Sequence record: OR455461.1
DNA length: 64,000 nt
Strand: one strand, 5' to 3'
The notes under the pieces were generated by a model. The model made no database searches. It saw only the letters and a list, made by a program, of their open reading frames with translations, and was not told the DNA's origin. The translations under genes and the position numbers were made by a program. Below are positions 20,732-29,450 of the stretch, one piece after another (the stretch's first letter is position 1; each line of letters opens with the position of its first letter).

Positions 20732-22060
20732 TTATTGATTCATATAATGTTTATATTCTTCAATATATTCCATTTTTTCTTTTTCAATTATACTTCCATT
20801 TAAATTCTTAATAAATTTCTTCTTCTCTTTATTACTTAGCTTATAATTAGTTTCTATTAAATTAGACCAATGATCTTTATCAGGATTACGATCACATTGG
20901 TATTCTTTTAATAAATCAAATTTGCTATCATCAACTTCTTTTTCTTCATATTTCTTGTAAATATATTCCAATAAATCTCTCATATTGACTTTTACTTCAT
21001 CATATTCATCATCACTTAGTAAACTAATAGTCATTACTTTATCTATATTTTTAGTATATTTTAAAGATTCTTTGTTTAATATAAATTCACTTCTTTTATT
21101 AATTGCATATTCAATTCCATAATAATCTTCTTCTAGAAATTCATCATATATAAATCTCGTAATCATATTTTTATTTAAATACTCTCTACCTTTTTCATCA
21201 ATATTAACAATTTCTATTTTAGGAGTTAATATATTATTTATACAAATATCATCTTCAGAACCATAGAGATCATCTAGTCTATCTAATTCTCTCATATAAA
21301 CATTTTTATTTTCATCTATAGCAGCTAAGATTATTTTATCTAATTTTTTAGTTACTAGTATCATTATTTTACTTCCTAAAAAAGACACTATACTAATATT
21401 TTTTAAATCCTTTATTGACATAAATAATTTTTCTTTTTCTAACCTAACTAAATCATTAATGTCTTCATTTATCATAATATTAAAGCTACTATATATATCT
21501 TTTGATTTTAATGTATCTTTATAATTATTATTTATAAAGAGATTTACAAATGTATCCAATTCCATTCTTCTATCATAAAAAAGTAAACCTTTTTCTACAT
21601 TACCATTATTAAGATTAAGACTTCCTATATTGTATATTTGTACAGGGGATTTAAAGAAATCTTTACTGTCTTGTATATTAGCTTCATATAGATTGATTTT
21701 CTCTTTTAAATAAAATTCTAATTCTGGATGACTTAAAAGATAATGGAGAGAGTAATATCTCTCCTTATTATCAAAAGTATTTTTTAATTTAAAAGATTGA
21801 TTTAATATTTTAGATAATTCATTATTGTTAAAGTCTATTAATTTATCAGATTTCTTTATTACTGGGACTTTATTATAATCTTTTTTATCTATCTTTATTT
21901 TAGATTTATTAATCTTTCTTATATTACTCTTTCTTTCTTCTTTATATAATTCAATCTTATCTTTTATATAATGTATCATTATATAAATTGATATACTTAT
22001 AAACCCTAATACTGCTGCCGTTAATACAAAGTAAATTAATAAATAGAATAAACCACGCAT
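20732..22060 (-). CDS. membrane-anchored protein, paralog of 26502-27659
   Basis: N-terminal TM; shared ERYYSLHYLLSHPELEF and HWSN.IETNY.L..KEKKKFIKNL blocks. Confidence 0.8.
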   Translation of the reverse strand: MRGLFYLLIYFVLTAAVLGFISISIYIMIHYIKDKIELYKEERKSNIRKINKSKIKIDKKDYNKVPVIKKSDKLIDFNNNELSKILNQSFKLKNTFDNKERYYSLHYLLSHPELEFYLKEKINLYEANIQDSKDFFKSPVQIYNIGSLNLNNGNVEKGLLFYDRRMELDTFVNLFINNNYKDTLKSKDIYSSFNIMINEDINDLVRLEKEKLFMSIKDLKNISIVSFLGSKIMILVTKKLDKIILAAIDENKNVYMRELDRLDDLYGSEDDICINNILTPKIEIVNIDEKGREYLNKNMITRFIYDEFLEEDYYGIEYAINKRSEFILNKESLKYTKNIDKVMTISLLSDDEYDEVKVNMRDLLEYIYKKYEEKEVDDSKFDLLKEYQCDRNPDKDHWSNLIETNYKLSNKEKKKFIKNLNGSIIEKEKMEYIEEYKHYMNQ

Positions 22061-22061
22061 A

Positions 22062-23159
22062 TTATCTCTCCGTTTCTTGCATTTCTATTCTTTCAGTATT
22101 TTGTTTAATTTCTTTAAGTTCTTCATACCCTCTTTGTCTTTCATTATAAGCTTCTTCAGACATACGTTTTAAATCTTCTGTCATCTCAATCATATTATTT
22201 TGAGTTTCTTTTAATACATCAATATCAATAAATGATTTATTAGATTCGTTAAACATTTGGATAGCATTATCTTTAAGGATATTAGAGTTACTCAATAGAA
22301 TATCAGAAGTTGCTTCTCTAATAGCTTTATTAGTCTTAATAGCTTGTTGCTGTTGAATTAAAATAACTGCTTTAGTTAATTGAGACTTCCAAATAGGAAT
22401 ACTATTTACTAATGAATTATTAATACTTTCTTTTAAGTTATGGTTAATATTTTTAACCATTTCTAATTCGTAAACATTTTGTTTTGATAGAGCTAATGAA
22501 GTTCTTAAATCGTATAAACGTTTATCTAAATTATCTAAACCTTGTTCTTTATCTGATACTAATTGAATTTGATTTTGTTTACTTTCATCGTCATTAATAT
22601 TTTTAACTTCTTCTCTATCTTGCTTGACTTCAAGTCTTAAGTCTTCTTGCTTTTGGCTAGCTGCTTCAATGTAATCATTTAAAGTTTCATAATAATCTTT
22701 ATTAGATTGAATTAATTTATCTAATGAACTATTTGAATGATCTATATAAGAGCTTCCTTCTTTTAATTGTTTCTCTATGAATACCATATTATTTGATGCT
22801 GAATCAACTTTAGATAATTCTTTACCAATTAATTTGTTCTTTTCTTTATTAAAGATACCTTTGATTTTCTCTAATATACCAGGTTTATCAACATCTGTAT
22901 TAGCATCATCAACAGCCTTCTGCGGATCATAGGAATTAAACACATCTAACATTTCTTCTAGAACTTTATTTATTTGCTCATTTGAATCATTTTCTTTAAT
23001 ACGTTTTAACACTTCATCTGATTCTTTAGAAAGTTTATTTTGAACTTCATGACCATAATTAATAATAGTACTTTTATCAAGTACATTAATCTTATCTGCT
23101 TTCTTAATTACCTCTGGTGAAATATCTTTTCTTTCTACTAATTGATTATTATTTTCCAT
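22062..23159 (-). CDS. telA: TelA/toxic anion resistance family protein
   Basis: IINYG..VQ..L, YY..L..YI.A, L..R..DL, INNSLVNSIPIWKSQL pattern typical of TelA. Confidence 0.85.
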   Translation of the reverse strand: MENNNQLVERKDISPEVIKKADKINVLDKSTIINYGHEVQNKLSKESDEVLKRIKENDSNEQINKVLEEMLDVFNSYDPQKAVDDANTDVDKPGILEKIKGIFNKEKNKLIGKELSKVDSASNNMVFIEKQLKEGSSYIDHSNSSLDKLIQSNKDYYETLNDYIEAASQKQEDLRLEVKQDREEVKNINDDESKQNQIQLVSDKEQGLDNLDKRLYDLRTSLALSKQNVYELEMVKNINHNLKESINNSLVNSIPIWKSQLTKAVILIQQQQAIKTNKAIREATSDILLSNSNILKDNAIQMFNESNKSFIDIDVLKETQNNMIEMTEDLKRMSEEAYNERQRGYEELKEIKQNTERIEMQETER

Positions 23160-23230
23160 ATCCTATACATCTCCTAATTTAATTATTTATTAAGTAAGTG
23201 AGTCTGATATTATTTTCAGACTCACTACAT

Positions 23231-23821
23231 TTATTTTATTTTTAATTTATTATTAGAATACTTAACAGTATCCCCTTCTTTAATTTTATCGTAATCTTTT
23301 TTAGTAACAGTTAGTAATTGTTTCTTATTATCTTTAGTTTTAATTGTTATTGTATATAACTTTTGATCTTTATTCATTTGGTTCATTAGAATTGATTTCT
23401 GTTTCTTTAAATTATTTTGATTATGAAATCCGCTAAATAATAAATAATACATCATTATATTATTCATGTAACTACTTTGCCTAAGTTGTGAATTATATGA
23501 ATTCATTTGATTATTTTTATTATACATATTATTCGGATTAGTTAAAGATGATGAACTATTTCTATTCATACTGCTGTTCAATGAACTATTTCGACTTGCA
23601 CTATTAGCACTATTTTGTGCGTTCATACTACTTTGCATAGCTGATCTACTTGCTGCTGATGAAGAACTCATACTAGAACTTGATGAAACTGATGATCGAC
23701 TTGAAACTGATGAAGAAGATGAAGAACTACTGGAAGTTGAACTTCCAATAGCTAATACATCTTGACTAGTAAATGATAATAATGTAATTATTGACACTAG
23801 GACCATAGAAAATTTTTTCAT
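23231..23821 (-). CDS. secreted Ser/Asn-rich low-complexity protein
   Basis: Signal peptide, poly-Ser tract, MMYYLLF segment, basic C-terminal domain. Confidence 0.75.
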   Translation of the reverse strand: MKKFSMVLVSIITLLSFTSQDVLAIGSSTSSSSSSSSSVSSRSSVSSSSSMSSSSAASRSAMQSSMNAQNSANSASRNSSLNSSMNRNSSSSLTNPNNMYNKNNQMNSYNSQLRQSSYMNNIMMYYLLFSGFHNQNNLKKQKSILMNQMNKDQKLYTITIKTKDNKKQLLTVTKKDYDKIKEGDTVKYSNNKLKIK

Positions 23822-24195
23822 TATTTTTCCACTTCCTCTTTACTTTCTACTTCTCCTTCAATATCTTCTTGATTATAAGTCATATATGGCTGTCTATATA
23901 CATGATATTTATTACCATCAATAACTAATTTAGGTTTTTCATCTGGATCTTTTAAGATATGTTCATATAATTCACGACTTTCAATTGATTTAGTTTTTAC
24001 TTCATTGTCCTTATTCTCGTAAGCAATTTCAGCTCTAGGATACTCACTATCTCCATTATTTAAAACCTCATAATATACTAATTTATAATTACTTTTCTCT
24101 GATTTTTCTTTACTAGGTTTTTGTTCTTCGCCGCTACATGCTGCTAAAATAACTGCTAAAAATATTGTTAGTCCTAAAATCATTAATTTCTTCAT
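23821..24195 (-). CDS. lipoprotein
   Basis: Lipobox ILAA-C. Confidence 0.85.
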   Translation of the reverse strand: MKKLMILGLTIFLAVILAACSGEEQKPSKEKSEKSNYKLVYYEVLNNGDSEYPRAEIAYENKDNEVKTKSIESRELYEHILKDPDEKPKLVIDGNKYHVYRQPYMTYNQEDIEGEVESKEEVEK

Positions 24196-24201
24196 TTTAA
24201 T

Positions 24202-24459
24202 TTAAATCCCCTTTATCCTTTTTATTAAATCTCCAAATTCACTTATAGAATTATAAACTTTATCTCCATTCTCTTCTGTCTTCTTAGATAAATAATACTG
24301 AATGTCATTTTTATCCATTACCATATAAACTTCTAAAATTTCTTTTCTTTCATTTTTTGCTAAATTAGAGCTATCAAAATCACATCTAAATAGATAATTA
24401 CTTATGGCATTTAACTTATATACATCGACATATTTTTCTATCTGTTTTATTTCATCCAA
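24202..24459 (-). CDS. hypothetical protein, paralog of 27678-27968
   Basis: QIEKY.DV.KLNAISNYLF.CD shared. Confidence 0.75.
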   Translation of the reverse strand: MDEIKQIEKYVDVYKLNAISNYLFRCDFDSSNLAKNERKEILEVYMVMDKNDIQYYLSKKTEENGDKVYNSISEFGDLIKRIKGI

Positions 24460-24478
24460 TGTTTTACCTACTCTCTAT

Positions 24479-24766
24479 TTAAATTTTACTTGCAAAATTC
24501 TTTAGAACTGATAAAATTGCTTCCTTGTCTACACTACTTGAATCTGATTCTTTACGTGAAATATCTTTTAAACCTTCTGCAATCTTACCTAATGATTCTT
24601 CATATCTATATTCTACATGTAATTTTTCTAATTTTAAGTATTTTTCAAATACTTCTTCTTTAGATTTTGGTTCTAAAGAATCAAAATCATCTCCTTGTAA
24701 AGATATACTTAATGCATCCAATTTTTCTTTATTAATATAATCGCTTAATTCTTTTCTCATATTCAA
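24479..24766 (-). CDS. hypothetical protein
   Basis: 95-aa ORF, AGGAG RBS. Confidence 0.7.
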   Translation of the reverse strand: MNMRKELSDYINKEKLDALSISLQGDDFDSLEPKSKEEVFEKYLKLEKLHVEYRYEESLGKIAEGLKDISRKESDSSSVDKEAILSVLKNFASKI

Positions 24767-24799
24767 TTCATCTCCTAATATTATTTGTATTTCTTTCTT

Positions 24800-25168
24800 C
24801 TAACCATGTACTCTCCAAAATGACTCATTAATTCTTTTCCCAATAACTTCATTTAAATTAATTAAACCACTTATTAAATCTTGATCCTTAATAATATCAT
24901 ATACTGCATTAAAATCAATCGTTTCACGTTCAATTTCAGGAATAGTGATATAATCTTCTTCTTCCATCGCATTACTTTCAGTATCATAATAAAACATATC
25001 ATGACTTTCCACATTAACACTCAAATCTCTACTATTTAACTTTTCACCATCAATAAAAAGATTATAAAAAGCACTACCTGGTTCCGATGGATACCATGCT
25101 CTTTTATTCAACTCATTCAATAATTGTGCCGCTTCTTTAATTGTAAAAACTTCTCCAAATTTTTTCAT
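24800..25168 (-). CDS. hypothetical protein
   Basis: 122-aa ORF downstream of promoter motif. Confidence 0.75.
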   Translation of the reverse strand: MKKFGEVFTIKEAAQLLNELNKRAWYPSEPGSAFYNLFIDGEKLNSRDLSVNVESHDMFYYDTESNAMEEEDYITIPEIERETIDFNAVYDIIKDQDLISGLINLNEVIGKRINESFWRVHG

Positions 25169-25212
25169 ATCTAAATCATCCTTTTCATTATTTTATTTTA
25201 TCTTTCAATGTT

Positions 25213-25226
25213 ATAATATATATTTA
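25213..25226 (-). promoter_or_regulatory. putative early promoter motif
   Basis: TAAATATATATTAT intergenic. Confidence 0.55.
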
Positions 25227-25242
25227 TAACATTTTTAAGTGA

Positions 25243-25449
25243 TTAACCACCATATTGTATGTCTTCATTAACTCTACTACTAATCAAATTATCCTTCTCA
25301 TATATTAGGTAGCTAATAAAAGCAGATGCTTGTTTTACTGTCATGTTCTTAATTTGTTCCTCATTTCTATTATGCTCTAAATAACCGCCTATAGAGAATA
25401 TATGATCTTTTAACTCATTTATAAAATTAATTTGTTTTTCTGTTGGCAT
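25243..25449 (-). CDS. hypothetical protein
   Basis: 68 aa, AGGAGG RBS; TEKQI.FI motif common in small phage proteins. Confidence 0.7.
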   Translation of the reverse strand: MPTEKQINFINELKDHIFSIGGYLEHNRNEEQIKNMTVKQASAFISYLIYEKDNLISSRVNEDIQYGG

Positions 25450-25463
25450 GATTATCTCCTCCT

Positions 25464-25820
25464 TTATAATTTATATAATGCCATTACTGTATTGATGGTT
25501 AATACAAATAAACTTATCATATAAATATTTTTATATAAGCTTGATACATTATTCTTATCAATTGATTTAAATAAAAAGAATATAAATGAACCACCAAAAA
25601 CTATTATTGATAATAATGAAACTCTTGGGTCAATATAGTTATTAAATAACATAATAAAGTTTGATATTAAAAGTATGAAGCTTATTGAAAATAATAGCTT
25701 CATTTGTTTGATTACTATATTCTGTTTCATATTTCCTATATTACTAAAAACAAACATTAACACCAACAAAGTATAGGTAATTAATGAAACCATTGTAATT
25801 AAATTTATAAACATATCCAT
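25464..25820 (-). CDS. four-helix membrane protein
   Basis: 118 aa hydrophobic. Confidence 0.75.
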   Translation of the reverse strand: MDMFINLITMVSLITYTLLVLMFVFSNIGNMKQNIVIKQMKLLFSISFILLISNFIMLFNNYIDPRVSLLSIIVFGGSFIFFLFKSIDKNNVSSLYKNIYMISLFVLTINTVMALYKL

Positions 25821-25833
25821 TTCACTCTCCTAA

Positions 25834-26493
25834 TTAAATATTTGAATCCCAATAATAACTATTTTTAGATTTTAATAAAAAGTTATTACTTATAGAATTC
25901 CTTATATTATGTGTAATATTTTCATTTCCAACTAAAGACCATATAGTGTATATAAAAATTGATTTAAAAGTATAACCTCTATCATCTTCATTTAATATAT
26001 CTTTTTTATACTGTAATAATTCTTTAAATTCGAAATATTTATTTATAATATCATCTACACTAAATTCAGGTATATATTTACTTCCAGATACATATAGTAT
26101 TGCAGAAACTTTAATTATATATTTTTCTAAATCGGATTCTTTAATATTCTCATTTCTTATCTCATCTAACATCTCCATCAATCTCTGTTCGTACGTTAAA
26201 TGAGGTTTATGATTATTAAAACCAAAACGATTTATTTCATCATTAACTCTATTTTCTATATTATCTAGTCTTCTTTTTAGATATTTATCATTTCTATTAA
26301 TTTGTCTTCTATAATCTTCACTAAGATTAATTGATGTATGACCATAATGATTATCTCTATTATATATTCCTGAATTCATTCCATTAATAATACTATTCAT
26401 TTGTCTTTCTATATTTTCATTACTTCTATCATGTATATTATCTAAACTATTTATTAAATAATCAAAATCTTCTTGCATTCCCATATTTTTCAC
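25834..26493 (-). CDS. hypothetical protein
   Basis: 219-aa ORF. Confidence 0.75.
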   Translation of the reverse strand: MKNMGMQEDFDYLINSLDNIHDRSNENIERQMNSIINGMNSGIYNRDNHYGHTSINLSEDYRRQINRNDKYLKRRLDNIENRVNDEINRFGFNNHKPHLTYEQRLMEMLDEIRNENIKESDLEKYIIKVSAILYVSGSKYIPEFSVDDIINKYFEFKELLQYKKDILNEDDRGYTFKSIFIYTIWSLVGNENITHNIRNSISNNFLLKSKNSYYWDSNI

Positions 26494-26501
26494 CTCTTAC
26501 T

Positions 26502-27659
26502 CTATTTGGAATATTCTTTAAATTCTTCAATATCATTTAGTCTTTTCTGTTCTACTAATTTTTTATGAAGATTTTTAATAAATTTTTTCTTCTCTTTATC
26601 ATTTAATCTATAATTAGTTTCTATCATGTTAGACCAATGATTTTTATCTAGATCTCTATCAATTCTTTTATCTTCAAGATAACTTAAATTATCATTTCTT
26701 CTTTTAATATCGGAAAGCACATATTTCAATAATCCTTCAGTGTTAAAAGAAACTTTTTCAACTTTTATATCATATAAATATAAATACAATTTTTTATCAA
26801 TAAGAGATTCATTATTTAAAGATTCATGTTTAAAGAATATTTCAGAATTTTCATCCATATGATAATATTTGTACTGTCTGCTATTAAAGAAAGCCAATTC
26901 ATTATTGGATTGGTTTATGAAAAATTCTGGGCGATATATTAATCTCATTTCATTGCCGCTATTTTCATGAAATTGTAATTCATGTTTTTTAATATAGACA
27001 TTTTGATTTTCATCCACTATAACTAATTGAATCTTCTCATTTACTTCAACTAGTCCAATTAAAATTTTAGTTCCGAGAAAAGAATACTTATACATTTTAT
27101 TAATATAGTCAGAATGAAGTTCAAAAGAAGATTTTTCTAATTTAGGTAATTCATTTATATCCCTGTCTATTAAATCTTTAAATTGTCTAATAAAATTATT
27201 ATCATCCTTTTTCATTTCATCTATATTTTTATAGAATGTATTTAATAATAATATTGGTAACATTTCAAATGACATTTCATAATCAAATAATTTACCTTTT
27301 TCAAATGGATCTATTGCAAAATGTGATGTTTGTGATGGATCTTTGTCTAATCTAGCATCAAATATTGGTATATCAATATTTCTGTTAAACTCTAATTCTG
27401 GGTGACTTAATAAATAATGTAAAGAATAATATCTTTCTTTTCCATCGAAAGCATTTTCTAATTTATATGAATGATTAAGTTTATTCATTAATCTTTCTTC
27501 ATCTAAAGTTATTAATTCTTCAGCTTCTTTAAATTTTTTATCTTCATTATTACCTATTTTTCTTTTATTTTTTCTAAAAATAATATTTGAAATTACTATT
27601 GTAGTGATTCCCCCTACAATACCAGTTCCTGAAAATGCATATAACAAAATATCAGACAT
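26502..27659 (-). CDS. membrane-anchored protein, paralog of 20732-22060
   Basis: N-terminal TM, shared blocks. Confidence 0.8.
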   Translation of the reverse strand: MSDILLYAFSGTGIVGGITTIVISNIIFRKNKRKIGNNEDKKFKEAEELITLDEERLMNKLNHSYKLENAFDGKERYYSLHYLLSHPELEFNRNIDIPIFDARLDKDPSQTSHFAIDPFEKGKLFDYEMSFEMLPILLLNTFYKNIDEMKKDDNNFIRQFKDLIDRDINELPKLEKSSFELHSDYINKMYKYSFLGTKILIGLVEVNEKIQLVIVDENQNVYIKKHELQFHENSGNEMRLIYRPEFFINQSNNELAFFNSRQYKYYHMDENSEIFFKHESLNNESLIDKKLYLYLYDIKVEKVSFNTEGLLKYVLSDIKRRNDNLSYLEDKRIDRDLDKNHWSNMIETNYRLNDKEKKKFIKNLHKKLVEQKRLNDIEEFKEYSK

Positions 27660-27677
27660 ACATTTATTCCTCCTTTC

Positions 27678-27968
27678 TTAGTTGAAATGTTGATCTCTAA
27701 TTTCTTCAGCTATTTCTTTTGTTGCTTCTGAGTTTGATTTCCCTAATTCTTCTATCTTTTTAGCTAAGTAATAATTAACATCAGTTTTATCCATTTCCAT
27801 ATATAATTTTAAAATTTTTTCTCTTTCTGGAACTCCTAAATTTAAATATTCAACCTCATTTCTTTGAGTTACACTGTTATAATCACATTCAAATAAATAA
27901 TTACTTATCGCATTTAACTTGTTTACGTCTAAGTATTTTTCTATTTGACTTATTTTGTCAGAAACCAT
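27678..27968 (-). CDS. hypothetical protein, paralog of 24202-24459
   Basis: Shared N-terminal block. Confidence 0.75.
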   Translation of the reverse strand: MVSDKISQIEKYLDVNKLNAISNYLFECDYNSVTQRNEVEYLNLGVPEREKILKLYMEMDKTDVNYYLAKKIEELGKSNSEATKEIAEEIRDQHFN

Positions 27969-28028
27969 TTATTTCCCACTCCTTAAAATTTATAATTTAT
28001 TTATTTGTACAAAAAATTAAAATAATAA

Positions 28029-28054
28029 GGATAATGACTAAATAGTCATTATCC
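28029..28054. terminator. ATAATGA-n-TCATTAT palindrome variant
   Basis: 12-bp stem. Confidence 0.55.
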
Positions 28055-28076
28055 AAATTTTAAATATTAATTTATA

Positions 28077-28358
28077 TTATAATAATCTTCTTTCTTCCTG
28101 AATATATATTACTTTATTTCTGTTGATTGTAATTCTCTTTTCATCAACCAATTCAATCTCTATGAAGTCCTCATTCCCTTCATATAATCCATGGAAAATT
28201 CTATCAATGGAATTTGATTCACTATTCAATACATGATAAGCGTCATATCTTAAATCATTCATAGTTATGGTTTTTCCTTCTAGGTATTCACTTTCATAAA
28301 ATTCAATTTTTTCTCCATTTTCAAGTGCCATAATATAAACTTTAACTTTAGTTTTCAT
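28077..28358 (-). CDS. hypothetical protein
   Basis: 93-aa ORF, AGGAG RBS. Confidence 0.7.
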   Translation of the reverse strand: MKTKVKVYIMALENGEKIEFYESEYLEGKTITMNDLRYDAYHVLNSESNSIDRIFHGLYEGNEDFIEIELVDEKRITINRNKVIYIQEERRLL

Positions 28359-28374
28359 AATTAATTCTCCTATT

Positions 28375-28722
28375 CTATATTTGATTATTTTGTTTTAAAT
28401 GAGGTATTAAATCATCATATACATAATTATCTACTCTAATTCCAAAATCCTCAGATGAATCTGTTACCAATATATTATTGAATGTGAATTCATCTTCAAA
28501 TAATAAAGATTTATCAGAAGTATCAATTCTAAATATTCCCTTTATATTGACTGTGTTGTTATAGTTATTTTCATATTCTATGTCTTCGAAAACTAAATAA
28601 ACGTTCTCATCATATTTCTCGCTGTATACTTTCCAAAATCTGTATAAAGATGATTCAATATCCACTCTACCCAATATTTCATTTATAGAATTTAACTCTG
28701 CTTTTTCATAATCTTTACTCAT
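28375..28722 (-). CDS. hypothetical protein
   Basis: 115-aa ORF. Confidence 0.7.
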   Translation of the reverse strand: MSKDYEKAELNSINEILGRVDIESSLYRFWKVYSEKYDENVYLVFEDIEYENNYNNTVNIKGIFRIDTSDKSLLFEDEFTFNNILVTDSSEDFGIRVDNYVYDDLIPHLKQNNQI

Positions 28723-28807
28723 ATCTAATTCACTCTCCTATTTAAAATAATAATAATAGATAATAACTTTTTTAATTATTATCTATTATTTAGTTCATTG
28801 AAATCAT

Positions 28808-29098
28808 TTATCTAATGACTTCTTTAATTTCTTGTAATGCATAATATCCTGGGTTAAATACATGCATTAATCCATATCCAAATAAAGCTAAATCAATTCC
28901 AATAACTAAAATAACGATCAATACAATGATAGGTGATAAGTTACCCATGACATTTAATTTTTTAAATGCATAATACAAAATAGCAAATACGATTAAACTT
29001 AATAAAACTAAACCTAATCCTACGAAAACTTGATGTGTTACTAATGCACTCCAACTTGTACCTGCTGCCTTTTCTACTGAACTTGTTAATTCTTTCAT
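28808..29098 (-). CDS. membrane protein
   Basis: 96 aa, two TM segments, AGGAGG RBS. Confidence 0.75.
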   Translation of the reverse strand: MKELTSSVEKAAGTSWSALVTHQVFVGLGLVLLSLIVFAILYYAFKKLNVMGNLSPIIVLIVILVIGIDLALFGYGLMHVFNPGYYALQEIKEVIR

Positions 29099-29198
29099 AT
29101 CTATTACCTCCTGTTTTTTATTAGAAAGATAATGATTGATATTATCATCATCTCATTATAATAATATATGCTTAAAATACATTTAATTTCAATATAAT

Positions 29199-29230
29199 AG
29201 AGGTAATGACAAGTTAATGTCATTACCTCT
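29199..29230. terminator. GTAATGA-n-TCATTAC palindrome
   Basis: 13-bp stem. Confidence 0.6.
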
Positions 29231-29234
29231 TTAT

Positions 29235-29384
29235 TCACCTTAGTAAGTAAAATACTATTACTATAACTAAAATTGCAACTACAATTCCAGACCATCCCAC
29301 AGGTGGTATTATTGCTAATGGTCCACGGAATATAATACCTAGTATTAATAAAATTACTAGTATAGCTATTAACCAAGTAATCAT
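29235..29384 (-). CDS. 49-aa two-helix membrane protein missed by ORF track
   Basis: MITWLIAILVILLILGIIFRGPLAIIPPVGWSGIVVAILVIVIVFYLLR with GAAAGGAG RBS, upstream AACA-N6-TA motif and downstream palindrome. Confidence 0.75.
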   Translation of the reverse strand: MITWLIAILVILLILGIIFRGPLAIIPPVGWSGIVVAILVIVIVFYLLR

Positions 29385-29450
29385 ATAGTTACTCCTTTCT
29401 TAATCTCCATATATTATGAGATATAAGGATAAAAGGTTGTTTTATAATTA

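Noticed and set aside
23640-23750. Repetitive GAA/GAT tract as a DNA repeat element
   Set aside because: Simply encodes the poly-Ser stretch of the secreted protein
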